From positions 186,682,001-186,746,000 of the forward strand of contig OZ024740.1 of NCBI GenBank assembly GCA_964016885.1: 64,000 nt of DNA, in the 5' to 3' direction. The notes under the pieces were generated by a model. The model did not search any database. It saw nothing but the letters and a program-made list of their open reading frames with translations, and had not been told where the DNA came from. The translations under genes and the position numbers were made by a program. Origin of the DNA: Eledone cirrhosa. Lineage: Eukaryota. Shown here piece after piece: positions 13,438 to 26,461 of this stretch (position 1 is the stretch's first letter; each line of letters starts with the position of its first letter).

Positions 13438-15047
13438 GATAATGGAGCGGGGGACTCTGGAGAAAGCCTTCGACAGAGTCCCCCGCTCCATTATCTGGTG
13501 GGCTCTTAGAAAACTTGGCGTTGACGAATGGCTTGTGAGGGCTATACAAGCCATGTATAAAGAAACAGTCAGCAAGGTTAGAATTAACAACGAATATAGT
13601 GAAGAGTTTAGCGTAAAAGTTGGCGTCCATCAGGGCTCTGTTCTCAGCCCCCTACTATTTATTATTGCCCTTCAGGCTATAACAGAGGAGTTCAAGACAG
13701 GCTGCCCATGGGAACTCCTATACGCAGACGACCTGACACTCATAGCGGAATCAATGGCCGAGCTAGAGAAGAAATTCCAAACATGGAAGCACGGCCTAGA
13801 GTCAAAAGGACTTAAAATTAACCTGGCTAAGACCAAAGTTCTAGTTTGTAGGAAAGAAAACAAGGCGGCGGTCCCTTCTGGGAAATGGTCGTGCTCGGTG
13901 TGTAGGAAAGGCGTAGGTAGAAACTCCATTTTGTGTCCTAAATGCAAAGTATGGGTGCATAAAAGATGTAGTGGGATCACAGGTAAGCTAACTAAGAACA
14001 TAGATTTTACATGTGGCCGGTGTTCTGGTGCAATAAGTAGCAGCAAGTGCCCACAAAATACTAGCTCTTTCAATTGCGCAGAGGGTTCTATAGAAATAGT
14101 GGACAGCTTCCGTTACCTGGGCGATAAAATCAGCAGTGGGGGAGGGTGCTCTGAAAGTACTGTAGCTAGAGTCAGAACTGGTTGGAAAAAGTTCAGAGAG
14201 ATTATACCACTATTAGCTGCTAAAGGGTTCTCCCTAAAAATGAAAGGCAGGTTGTACGATGCCTGCATACGAACAGCAATGTTGCATGGCAGTGAGACCT
14301 GGGCATTGTGTGCAGAGGATATACGCAGACTAGAGAGGAACGAAGCTTGCATGCTCCGCTGGATGTGTAACAGTAATATACGTGAACGGCAAAGCATAAA
14401 CGAACTAAGGAAAAAATTAGAGATAAGAGGGATCAGATGTTGTTTACTCGAGAGAAGGCTACGTTGGTATGGACACGTGATGCGCATGAAAGTCGATAGC
14501 TGTATAACAAAGTGCAGGGCAATAAAGATAGACGGTAGCCACGGAATAGGCAGACCTAGAAAAACCTGGGACGAGCTGATAAACTCCGACCTCACACACT
14601 TACACCTCTCCAAGACAATGTCACTGGACCGAGACCTTTGGCGGTACTCAGTAACAGAGAAGACCCGCCTTGCCAGTAGGCATCTCTAAAAAAAATACAC
14701 CCCGTCCCAGCACCACCACCCCCACCCCATCCACACCACCCCGTCCTATGTAAAGTTATGTTGGTGCCGCGCCATCCGGGCCGAAACAAATGAGATCGTG
14801 TAGGTGTCACGACAAAAAAACACACAGCCACGCTGTAATGTGGCCGTGTAGGCAACACGGTAAAAACTTCCCAGACCCACACTGTAAATGTGGTTGGTGT
14901 TAGGAAGGGCATCCAACTGTAGAAAACCTGCCAGACAGTCCTATGCGAGCAAGACAATCACTCTTGCCTCAAGTGGGACTACCCCCGTCCAAACCCATGC
15001 AAGCGTGGAACACGGACGTTAAACGTTGATGATGATGATGATGATGA
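13438..15047 (+). mobile_element. Young 5'-truncated RTE LINE insertion
   Basis: Uninterrupted ORF, ~340-bp 3' UTR, (GAT)n tail; located next to a (TA)n array. Confidence 0.93.
13442..14689 (+). CDS. RTE-clade non-LTR retrotransposon ORF, 5'-truncated (RT plus PHD insert plus C-terminal domain, no APE)
   Basis: Open 415-aa frame: [70 protein letters not shown]. Confidence 0.95.
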   Translation: MERGTLEKAFDRVPRSIIWWALRKLGVDEWLVRAIQAMYKETVSKVRINNEYSEEFSVKVGVHQGSVLSPLLFIIALQAITEEFKTGCPWELLYADDLTLIAESMAELEKKFQTWKHGLESKGLKINLAKTKVLVCRKENKAAVPSGKWSCSVCRKGVGRNSILCPKCKVWVHKRCSGITGKLTKNIDFTCGRCSGAISSSKCPQNTSSFNCAEGSIEIVDSFRYLGDKISSGGGCSESTVARVRTGWKKFREIIPLLAAKGFSLKMKGRLYDACIRTAMLHGSETWALCAEDIRRLERNEACMLRWMCNSNIRERQSINELRKKLEIRGIRCCLLERRLRWYGHVMRMKVDSCITKCRAIKIDGSHGIGRPRKTWDELINSDLTHLHLSKTMSLDRDLWRYSVTEKTRLASRHL

Positions 15048-16714
15048 TACACAAATATATATACACAACAAAAAGCTTCTCTCTATGAAGGAAAGACCAA
15101 CTGTATAATATTTTTCTCCAATGTACAATGCTGCATGTCAGTAAGACATAGGCGGTAAATGCTAAGTATGCTAAGTCTGCAGAGAAATGAAGCAGGCATA
15201 CTTTGATGGATGTGTAATGCTAACACATGGATGAAAGAGGAATAAGATATAGTGTGTATGAGAGAATGATTTTCTGTCAATGGGTCCTCATAAATACTTA
15301 CAAAGTTTTGGGGTTTGTTGCTGTAGTTGTTTATCTCGAATAAAAATATTTCTTACTTTGCTCTTGGCTTGGTTTTCAAGAAAAAAGAGAAAGAAAGAGT
15401 AAGAGAAATCAAATTTGAGTGTTGATATTTTCTGACTGTAGTTTCCACACTTCCATAACAGCATGAAATTATCTAATTCTGTGACATATCTCGAAAGACT
15501 ACATTAAAGAAATGTGTAGACTATAAAGACTTCAGCAAGATTAATATTGGAGCTGGAGTTAAGCCAGGAAACTAAGTGTCATGTCTGCAGAGATTTCTAT
15601 GAATTCACAGTTATATTGCTATTTATAAAACAAAGAAAGAGCAAAAACGAAATAAGCAATAAATAAACTAATATATAAATAAATGTCACCATTTGGAAGA
15701 GAATTGTAAATATTCTAGCTCACTTTCCCTCCCTGCCTTTGGCTTACAAGCCACTTCTAACACCATCATTGCCATCATCTTCGAATGATGAAAGTCATGA
15801 GTTGGAAACATCTCTCCAAGAAAATAAAAATGTCTCAATTCTGATAAAGAATCAAAGAAATGGGACTATTTAAAGGAAAGAAGAAAGATATATGGCAAAA
15901 AAAGGAGATGGTATAACAAAAAACCAGGGATAGGAAAGAGAGAAAGAGAGAAAGAGGAAAGAGAGAACGAGAAAAATGAAGAGATAATATAATTGGTGTA
16001 CTAGTAAAAGATCAAAGAACAGCGTGTGTCTCTTAGTTCTTTTAATTTTTTCAGTTTTTTTTTCATTTTGTAAAGCTAAATATATTCCAAGGATAAACTA
16101 GCTAACAAACTTGGTTATCAAATTAAGGTGAAAAATAGAAATAAAAATATAAAAATAAGGTAAATGAAAATATGAAAAACAAAAACAAAATACAAAAAAA
16201 GGCCAATGATAGCAACAAGATATAAATATTAAACCAATACCATAAAAAATGGCAGAGGAATCCTCCATCTCCCTACCAACCAAACAAGTAAAATCATCAT
16301 CCTGACACCAACAACATCAATAAAATCCACACTAGGTATAAATAAATATTAAACTAACAACCATGAAAATGCAAACGAGAGGAGGAGTGAACCTCCACAC
16401 ACACCACAACTCCACAAGCAACAAGAAGAAAACAATCAAAACAACTAGAAACATCTTGACACCACCACCAACAACAACATCAACAAAATACAAATATTGA
16501 ACTAACACCATGAATAGATGGAGGTGAGCAGGGGATTGAATGCACATACACATACCCCAACCAAACAAGCAAAATCATTTTGACACCAACAACAAAATCC
16601 ATACCATACCATTTGAAAAGGGGGGAATGAGATGAAACGAAAAGAAATATAGTAATAATAATTATAAAATACATAAAAATAATATATAAACAACACATAT
16701 AGAACCATATGTAA

Positions 16715-17135
16715 AACTACATTTAAAGGATGTATATAAAAATATATATAAATATAAATAATATATATAAATGTATATAACTACATAAAAATACATATAT
16801 ATAAATATATATACCAACATAAAATTCACATATATATATATATATAAATGTATATAACTACATAAAAATACATATATATAAATATATATACCAACATCAA
16901 ATTCACATATATATATATATATAAATGTATATAACTACATAAAAATACATATATATAAATATATATACCAAGATCAAATTCACATATATATATGTAAATA
17001 TATATAACTACATAAAATACATATACATATATAAATATATATAGCTATACAAAAATACATATATAGATATATATATAGCTACATAAAATACATATATATA
17101 TAAATGTATAACTATATAAAAATACATATATAAAT
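16715..17135. repeat. AT-rich minisatellite, ~75-bp unit
   Basis: AAATGTATATAACTACATAAAAATACATATATATAAATATATATACCAACAT.AAATTCAC repeated with decay. Confidence 0.85.
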
Positions 17136-17256
17136 GTGATATCATCCCAAAGTAAGTCATTTCTTGCGAGATACCATCATAGATATTCTCTAGCATACAT
17201 TTCTAATAAAAGTAACTCTTAGCATAAATTTAGCATAAATTTCTACTAAAACTCAC

Positions 17257-17301
17257 CGATTCGCAAGACCAACTTTCACAGCAAAGAATTAATAACACTA
17301 T
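17257..17301 (-). other. Candidate 45-nt exon (IVLLILCCESWSCES)
   Basis: Acceptor tttcttcag, donor gtgagt, only phase 0 open; no homology recognised. Confidence 0.25.
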
Positions 17302-18754
17302 CTGAAGAAACATGTCAAATAGAGCATGTAGAAGAGAGTTTGGATAGAATTTGATTTATTAGTGTATACGTGAGTATTGTGTGTGAGAATAGTATGTGTG
17401 TGCGTATATGTTTGTGTGTGTGTCTGCATAGAAGGTGTTGTGTGTGTGTGCAGATGTAAGGTCTACAATGAACCAATATATGATTGTATGATTGGGTTCT
17501 TCCATTTATTTATAACTCTGTATGTGTGTCTGTGGGTGGAGTGGGGTAGAAATGTACAGGTATACCTATGTATCAATCTGTCTGTGAGTATTTGTATACA
17601 GATCTGAGTCTGTTTGCCTCTAAGTTTCCACCTGTCTTTATTTCTATACGCATGTATGTGTGTGTGTGTGTGTGAATGTGTGTATTTGTTGTAATGTGTA
17701 TGAATATGTGAATGTAAAAATTAGAGAGAGAGACAGAGAGACAACTTTCATATGTTTATGTGAAATATTTGTTTATATGTGTATATCTATGTGTCTGCAT
17801 GTTTGTATGTACATATCAAAATGTGTGTGTGTGTGTGTGTGGTAATCAAATCTGAATATGATATATATACGTTTTAGGTTTTTGAGTTTTATTAGTGTTC
17901 TTTTATTTCCATTGCAGAATATGTCAGGCTAAAAATAGAAACAAAATATCTAGCATTAATACAATATCTATTTACATTGAGATATTGTACAGAAAAGAAA
18001 CACACAAACAAGCATCTATCTCGCCATCCTTCTCTTTTTCTGCCCCCCCCCCCCCCCCCATTCTCCTCTTCTCTCTCTCCCCCTCTCTTTCTTTCTACCT
18101 CTACCAGTATTTCTGCCAGTTTTAGCATCTAAATGACAGGGTTGTTGTTGTTTATTCTTTAGATTTTAAACTATGTTACTTAAACTCAAAAAGGTAGGAG
18201 AGGGGTGACTGGAAGAGATAGTATTTAATCTTATGTGTCATGAAAAGACAACAAACATCTGTATATGTATTTTCCATAAGAATGAAAAGTTGAGGAAACA
18301 AGGTAACAGTTACCGAGTAAATAGGTGTATAAAATAGTAAATAAGGCAGTGTATTGGCATAATTGTTAAAAAAAGTTCATGTGGTGTTTAAAACCCTACC
18401 AAAATCAATTTTGATTTTCACCTTTCCAAGGTTGATAAAATAAAGTACTAGTTTAAGGCTGTTGGATTGGCAAAATCTTTAGAGTACCAAAAGAAAAGTC
18501 AATTGGTAGAATTGTTATACTGGCACTTTATGTTATGTTCAAACCACTTTGAGATTGACTTTGTGTCTCATTCTTTACTAGGTTTATAAAATAAGCCCAA
18601 GTTCAAAGTATAGAATAGGCAGAACCATTTGAGCAGCAAACACAATGCCTTGCAGTATTTCTTAAAGTTCTTGACCATCTGAATTCAGACCTTCATCTAC
18701 TAATATATTGTGTTTTTGAACATTATGAAAAGGGAGGTAACTCATCTACTACAT

Positions 18755-19058
18755 ACTACTACTTTGATGCTAAACTCTGCCAATTGCAGACTGCGCATCA
18801 ACATTAGATATTTTTCTCCACAAAGTTCGATCACCAACACCAGAATTTAAAGAGCAAAGATCAAGTCCAGTCCATAGGTTGGGTGGTAAGAGAAGCAGAG
18901 GCCAGCAGCTAAAACGATGGCTTGCTAATGTCAATCTATGGACTGGACTTGATCTTTGCTCTTTAAACTCTGCTGTTGGTGACCGAACTTTATGGAGAAA
19001 AATATCTCATGTTGATGTGTAGTCTACGGCTGGTGGAGTTTAGCGTCAAAGTAGTAGT
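18755..19058. mobile_element. Fold-back of two RTE-like LINE 3' ends
   Basis: Arms 18755-18881 and 18932-19058 are inverted; 18882-19022 reads GGKRSRGQQLKRWLANVNLWTGLDLCSLNSAVGDRTLWRKISHVDV*, with (AGT)n tails facing outward. Confidence 0.85.
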
Positions 19059-19107
19059 GTGTATGTAATTCTTATTTTTAACTAGCATTCTTAGAATGGC
19101 TACACTT

Positions 19108-19497
19108 TTGTGAGTGCATGTGAGTGTTTGCGTGTGTGAGTGTATGTGTGTGCGAATGTATGTGTGTGAGGCTGTTAGTGTGTGTCAGTGTGTTTGTGTA
19201 TGAGTGTGTGTGGGTGAGTGTTTGTGTGTGTGTGAGAGTGTTTGTGTATGTGAGTGTTTGTGTGTGTGAGTGTGTTTGTGTGTGTGTGAGTGATTTTGTG
19301 TGTGAGTGTTTGTGTGTGTGATTGTATGTGTGAGTGTGAGTGTTTGTGGTGGGGGAGAGGGTATGTGTGTGAGAGTGTATGTGTGTGAGAGTGTATGTGT
19401 GTCTGAGTGTTTTTGTGTGTGAATGTATGTATGTGTGTGTGAGTGTTTGTCTGTGTGTGTGTGTATGTGTGTGTGAGTGTATGTGTGTGTGTATGAG
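19108..19497. repeat. Degenerate (TG)n microsatellite field
   Basis: Direct reading. Confidence 0.95.
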
Positions 19498-19799
19498 TTG
19501 TCCAAGGAGGCAAGTCCCTAGCAATATCGAAATAAATTAGAATTATCAAGAATATAAAACGACTGCAGTTGAAAGGTATATACAAATACACATCTACCCT
19601 TTAGCCATCATTTTTGATGGCATGGGCCAGCTAGTAGAGATATATATTGTGATTCGTTTCTCTAGAATCAATAAAGTAAAGTCCTAAAGTGACTAGTCCA
19701 GGTGAATAAGATTACTAAACTGTTAGACCATAGAACAAAATACCCTGTGTCATTTATTCCAGCTTTTTACATTTTGAGCTTGTCTATTATGATATTGTG

Positions 19800-20250
19800 A
19801 AGGCACATGGCTTAATGGTTAGAGCATTGGGCTTGCAATCAAAAGGTTGTGAATTCAATTCTCGGACCGGGTGATGTGTTGTTTCCTTGAACAAGACACT
19901 TTATTTCACATTGCTCAAGTTTACTCAGCTGTAGAAATGAGATGATAGGACTGGAGTCCCTATCATTCCACTGCAAAATGGTCGCGGAGGTGCCACGGCA
20001 AAAAAAGCACCCAGCCCACACTATAAAGTGGACATGTAGGCGCCACAGAAAAAAATGCACCCAGCACTCACTGTAACTGAGGTTGGTGTTAGGAAGGGCA
20101 TCCAGCTGTAGAAATCAAGCCAGAATCAGTTCCCATATGAGCAAGACAAGGTCAGCTGACTGGACACTGCCCACAACAGGACAACCCGTCTAACCCATGC
20201 TAGCGTCGAAGAAGGAACGTAAAACGGTGATGATGATGATGATGATGATG
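19800..20250 (+). mobile_element. tRNA-head SINE followed by RTE-tailed segment
   Basis: TGGCTTAATGGTTAGAG A-box, GAATTCAATTCTC B-box-like, CCTTGAACAAGACACTT core, then GGAAGGGCATCCAGCTGTAG and (GAT)n tail. Confidence 0.75.
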
Positions 20251-21154
20251 TACAATGCAGTATCAGCTTCTGTCAATCTGGTGGCCAGAAGTGGGAAATT
20301 GCTGTATGGGCAACTACTGATCTATTAAAAGGCACCTTACCTAAGCTTGAATTCTAGAGAGAAACTGCTGATGCATAGTCAAGCTTGATCAAGAGAGGCC
20401 ATAGATATATGGAGAATAATACATGTGTATTATATAAGCAGGTTTATAATTCTAAGTTTGTATGCCTTTTTGTTAAAAAAAAAGAGGAAATCAGAAAAAA
20501 AATCAAATCAAACTACTTATGTGATTGGAATTCTATGATTTTTTTCATACCTTCATTACTGAAAGGTAAATACAAAATAGAATAAATACAATTTTACATT
20601 TGAATTTTATTGTTAATTAAATATATGTTAGCTATGAAATGAATTGTAAAATAGTTTCTCTCCTTCTCCTGAAATTAAAATGAATGGACCAATCAGAATG
20701 AAACTATAAGTGCTGAATATGTGGAATAGCAATAAATGGATTATTTATCAGTGAGAATTTATGAACTTAATAAGAACGGTTAGTACGTACCTCAAGAACT
20801 CAGAATAGCAAATTGCATTAATTTATAAACAGTTAACAACTGGAAATATATTTGTAACATAATTTAATATCAATATTTGTTCTTAAGGACATCCATCTCA
20901 GTGCATGGTCTTAGTGTTAGTTATCTCTGGTCACTATTGAATCTAACAGGTGAGAAAACAATTCTGGCAAAATGGATACATACTGGTCATGTAACTCCTG
21001 GGGAAATCATAGGGGTCTTATATTGACATACAACATTTCTATGGTACTTTTTAACCTGGTGGAGCCCATCACCTCTCCAGATCTTAATAAATCAGATTTC
21101 TTTCAGCAAAAGAAAGGGAGCGAAAGAATGGAAATGAGAGAAAGATTGAGAGAA

Positions 21155-21312
21155 AGAATTGACCCCACTACTAAACTGATACTTTTTTTATTGACCTCAA
21201 ATGGATGAAAGGCAAAGTTGACCTTGTCGGTATTTGAACTCAGACAGTAGAGATCCAAAACAATACTGCAAAATATTCTACACAACTTTCTAACGACTCT
21301 GCCAATTCACCA
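21155..21312 (-). mobile_element. SINE family A copy
   Basis: GGATGAAAGGCAAAGTTGACC...ATTTGAACTCAG. Confidence 0.7.
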
Positions 21313-23664
21313 TCTTACATGCCCATATAGCAGGATACAAATTAGTATTTTACAAGTCTTTAAGGTAGGAAACAAATTCAGCACTGCAAGCCAATGAAAC
21401 ATATAACAGTTTGACAATGCTTCCAATGTTACAGCAACAAATTATACCACCCTGAAGTATCACATACATTTAAAGAGAAACTTCACTGCTTGTGAATTAA
21501 GTGTCTTGATATAGTACAAACAGCTGAAATCTAAGCTAGATATATAATGAGACTGTACCATCTCAGAGGCCACCTTATTTAATAAGATGACTACTTAATC
21601 CTTTTGATACCAATCTACCTGAGACAACGTTTTGTTCTATGATACAAAACCATATAGTTCAATGTCTTTCGTTTCATAATTTTATATAAGAATCTTATAG
21701 CAGTTCTCTTAGTTTAAATTCTCTCAAAGGGTTATGTGTGCTGTCCTTTCATCTGACTAAGTGATAAAAATATATACTATTAAATAAATAAAATTAGTTA
21801 TTCTATTAAATCCTTAAATACTTTTGGTTATTTTCAAAATTAATTAAAGCATATAAGCATTTTAACTCATTAGAAGTAGTCAAGAACAGGCCAAAGCATC
21901 AATAATTTTTTTCTTTTTTCAAATAAAAATAAAAATTCATTGATGTTACTTATTCTCAATAATTATTGATGGTTGTTTTTCTAAAGATTACTCCATCTTA
22001 AAATAAGTGGAAATGTTAGAAGGTTGAATGACCCAAATATTTTCATGGCATATAATTTTACATGGTGTTATTCTTTAATTTATTTTTCAGTTTAAATCAT
22101 TATATGAAAATGAGAAATACACTGGAGTTACTATAATATACTGTAAATATAGTGGGATGATTCAAATAACTGAGATTATTCATACGACCAGTAAACAAAT
22201 GCTTCTTCAAAAATGAGCTCAAATTCTTTATAAAAACAAAAAAACAAGCAAAGTAGTTACATCCAATAAAATGAATGATGATGCTAGCAGTATTCTATTA
22301 CTGTGGGATACCATGGCTGATACAAACATTTACTTGTCTTTTTTTTTTTTGCTGGTATTTAATGTCAAGTACGATCTTGACACATCTAACCACTGAGCTG
22401 CAGGACTTTTGTTTATTTAGAACATAAACAAACATTCCCTCCTGCACTAACAATATCAAATGAAAAGCAAACACACAAATATTCATGATGGGCTTCCTTA
22501 CAGTGATTGCCTATAAAGCGCAGGTCAATCTAAAATTATAGTAAAAGACACTAATGTGTTTCCAAAATGATTCTTAACTACTCAACTATGCCTGAGTCTG
22601 CTGCACTTTTTACAAGTTTTCTAAATGAATATTGAACTAGTTTACTCATTTCATTCAAATTTTGTCTCAAAATAGAGTATAAAACGTCAATGCCAGAATC
22701 TTCCCCATTTTCGATATTAAGGGAGGAATATTTATCTTTCTTCATTGATTTCAAAAAATTGAACCATTCTTTTACTGCTTTGTATTCATTTTCCATACTT
22801 GCATGAGTGGGATAATTCATTTGTTGAAGCAATTGTTTTTACAGTTGGATACCTTTCTTATTGCTAACTATTCAACTGTGAAATAGGAGTCAAATCTGCC
22901 TTTATTTTATTATCATTATAAATAGTTCTTTTTTTTCTTGTTCAGTCAGGTAAACTGGAGCAAACAGAGTTAGGTAATTTATTCAAGAGAACAACTTAAT
23001 GGCAATTGTAAAATTTGATCTATTAACTATGTAGTTAGTAGTCCTGGCTAACTTTGAGATTAGATGTATGTTAATCCTGGGAGATGTCTGGTATAGTTAT
23101 TCACTTAATGCCCATGAAGCCAGGATAAACTCTGGGCTTTTTCTAACCCATGCAAGCATGGAAAAAAAATGAATGTGAAATATTTAACCCAGACTTGTAT
23201 AAGACAGGCAAATCTATACCTAGAAGTGTTTGAACTAAGAACAAGATATCAAAAAATAAACAAGTAAATATCTTTCACTCTATTCTATCATGAATCTCAT
23301 TCCATGGCCACAAGTGTACTTATTAGATTGCAAAGGGCTTTTGGTCTACTGTTTGATATTCATAACATTTCTTTCGTGCAAGAGAATATATCGATCAACA
23401 ACGGTATAACAATGGCATGCTTAAAGATGACAGACTTGTAACTTCAGGATGAACACAAACACAAAAACAATAACAAAAAGAAAAGACAAAAAATGAAAGA
23501 ATCCTATATCAGCTCTCTACTAAATGAAATATATTTAGAAAAAATAATAAAAACAACAACAATGACGCCTACAACAACAACAACATCTGAACATATTTTA
23601 TTAGAAAGACAACTGTGCTTGAATTTTGAATAACAATTCACCCAGGAGATATCATAATAAAAAT

Positions 23665-23716
<52 letters not shown>

Positions 23717-24155
23717 ATAATAATAAATATATATATATACACAGACACACATATATATATATATATTTATATATACATATGTATATAAACATATATATAA
23801 ATAATTTATATTCAGATAGAGATTTTTTTTGCGACAAGAAAGCAAGTATTAATTTTATTATTATTATTATTTTCAAGATGAGAACATTTTTTTCTCCTGC
23901 AGACACCAAACTAGAGATGCTTAAGCTAAACATAAATATATCAATCTCAACAGCCACAAGACAATGAAAGGATCTTCTATCTGGGTGGCTGACATGCTAG
24001 AAATATCAGCTTGAATATTCCTCAAATCATACATCTGACTTAAATAAAGAAGGATACCTTGAACAATGTAATAATTCATGAGATACAAAATTACGAAAAA
24101 GATAATGGTATGAGGGTCACTTTTGGAAGGATTTTCACCATCAATCTGTATGATT

Positions 24156-24510
24156 CCCTAATGGAATTAACCTCTTCCCATTTGAAGGAGGTAGATCCCT
24201 CATCTGGAATACCACATGTAGTGACATGTTCCCTGCCTCCAACTTAATCACTTTGGCTATAAACGCCGGTACTGTGGCCCACAATGCAGAGGAATGGAAT
24301 GCAAACAAATATCATGGATTGTCCAACCGCTTCCTCTTTGCACTATTCACCATTGAAACCTCAGGTATACTCGGATCCCATACTAACGAGCTCCTCAACA
24401 AGTCAGAACATCAGCTGCTCGTCTGAGGAAGGAGCCCTGCGAGGTGGGTGGCTGTTGCAGTGGGCGTCACTGTCCATTGTTCACAGAAATGCTTTTGTGA
24501 TCTTGTCCGT
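24156..24510 (+). pseudogene. CRE-like non-LTR element, restriction-like endonuclease (RLE) 3' fragment
   Basis: PNGINLFPFEGGRSLIWNTTCSD...AGTVAHNAEE..ANKYHGL...IETSGILG...WLLQWASLSIVHRNAFVIL matches the PD-(D/E)xK RLE pattern of the CRE clade. Confidence 0.75.
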
Positions 24511-24652
24511 GGGGTACAGTCCCAACCCCATTGCACCCAGGGCCCAGAGCACATCACCCTCCCCTTCCCCTGCCATTCTTCTGTGTCCCTAGAACCCTTG
24601 CTTTTCCCATCTCTCAGATTATTGGTGACATGGGACAGAATAACAACAATCT

Positions 24653-24685
24653 GGTGGTAGTGTGGTGGTGGTGGTGGTGGCAGTG

Positions 24686-24737
<52 letters not shown>

Positions 24738-24975
24738 CTGCCGCCGTCATCATTGCTCTTGTTGCTCTTGTTGTCTTCATCTTCATCCCAGTAATATAGT
24801 AGTTGTAGTAATAGCAGCAGAAGCAGCAGCGGCAGTAGTAGTAGTAGTAGTAGTAGTAATAGTAATAGTAGTAGTAATAGTAGTAGTAGTAGTGGTGGTG
24901 GTGGTGACACCAACAGCAGGAGCAGCAGCAGCAGCACCATTAGTAGTAGTAGTAGTAGTGGTGGTGGGGGTGGTG
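24653..24975. repeat. Compound triplet microsatellite (GTG/GTA/GCA)
   Basis: Direct reading. Confidence 0.95.
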
Positions 24976-25841
24976 TTCAGATTAGAATCTCACTCACTAC
25001 AGTTTCCTTCATGTGTGTCTTGCTAAGAGACTTACTGTACTTGATAGATGATTCTTCAAACAATAGCTACGAAATTTTGATTTGCTCAAATTAAAAAGAA
25101 AGTTCAGTGGAATAAAAATGGTTCTTTGGCAGAATTTATGGTTCTGATCGAATTAGAACATTTAGGAGGTACAGATGCTGTTGGAGATTTACCAAACATT
25201 GTTTGGCAGATTAAAAGGAAAAATAAATAAATAAATAGATGAATAAACAAATAAATAGATAGATAAATAAAATGAAGTGCCAGCAATACTTTTTCTCCAA
25301 TTCTGCTTTAATTTATTTTATTTCTCTTTGTTTAGTCCTATTTGGTGATATTATTATTGTTATTACTATTATCATTATTATTATTATTAAACTACACCAG
25401 ACAACGTTTTGGGCTCATACAAAATAAAAATGCATTTGCTAAAGCATTTCCGAAAATAACCACACACACATACACACTTATATATATGTATATATGAATC
25501 ATCATCATCATATTTGTTTTACATCTATTTTCCATGCTTGCATGGCTTAAACGTGTTATCACATTCTGAGGCTACACAGACAGGTCAGATGACTGTGCTT
25601 TGCTCATAGGTTTCATTTTGGCATGGTTTCTATGACTGGATGTCTTTCCTAATGCCAATCATTTTACAGCATTTACTGTTTCCATTTTTTCGTAGAACAA
25701 CCTCTACTACTTGATACCTATGTGCATACTCATATACATTTTTTTTTCTCGAAAATAGCTGACTGAATATACACATGTTTTTTTTCTAAAGAAAAAACAA
25801 AACATTTTTCCATTGCTTCTTTCATCTTTTATTTCTCATTC

Positions 25842-25882
25842 AATCTTCTGATGAAGTACTAGTGTCTGAAACATTAAATTTC
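25842..25882 (+). ncRNA. Degenerate minimal hammerhead ribozyme (second family)
   Basis: aatctt-CTGATGA-agtac tagt gtct-GAAA-catta; related remnants TCTGAAACGTTAAGAC at 26161 and GTGATGAAAG..CAAAACTTTAAGA at 41349. Confidence 0.4.
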
Positions 25883-26128
25883 CTTTCCTACTACATCAAC
25901 TGTTAAACTAATATATTTCTTCATTGCAATGTGTCATTTGCTTTGTTATATCTAGTTAATTTTTGCATGTATGTATATATTTGAGAAGTTATATTTTCAT
26001 TTTAAAATGAATTTTTTGTTTGCAATGCTTACATTTAGTATACTGTAAATTTTTACACCTAAACATAATTTTGGGAAAATGAAGCTCTACAAATTACAGA
26101 TTTTACCCTATATAGTATTTGAGTGATT

Positions 26129-26162
<34 letters not shown>

Positions 26163-26278
26163 TGAAACGTTAAGACCCTCTTTCTGCTATATCAAGCATT
26201 AACCTAATATATACCTTCCATATATTGTACCGATTGTGTTGTTATTTCTGTTTACCTTTTACATACATATATATATAC

Positions 26279-26461
26279 ATTATTTTCTTATGGATTTATG
26301 CTTTCCAGCATAGTTACGTCCCTTTACGATCTGAGTTCAAATCCCGCCGAGGTTGACTTTGCCTTTCATCCTTACGGGGTCGATAAAATAAAGTACCAGT
26401 AATGCACTGGGTAATTGCTGGCCTTGTGCCTAAAGTAGAAACAATTATTTTCTTATGGATT
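26279..26461 (+). mobile_element. 5'-truncated young SINE family A with 18-bp TSD
   Basis: ATTATTTTCTTATGGATT at 26279-26296 and 26444-26461 flanks a copy almost identical to 1302-1452. Confidence 0.9.

Noticed and set aside
13672-14613. Antisense ORFs over the RTE
   Set aside because: Shadows of the sense RT frame with no independent motifs
19805-19880. tRNA gene
   Set aside because: Only degenerate A/B boxes with no cloverleaf; continues into SINE body
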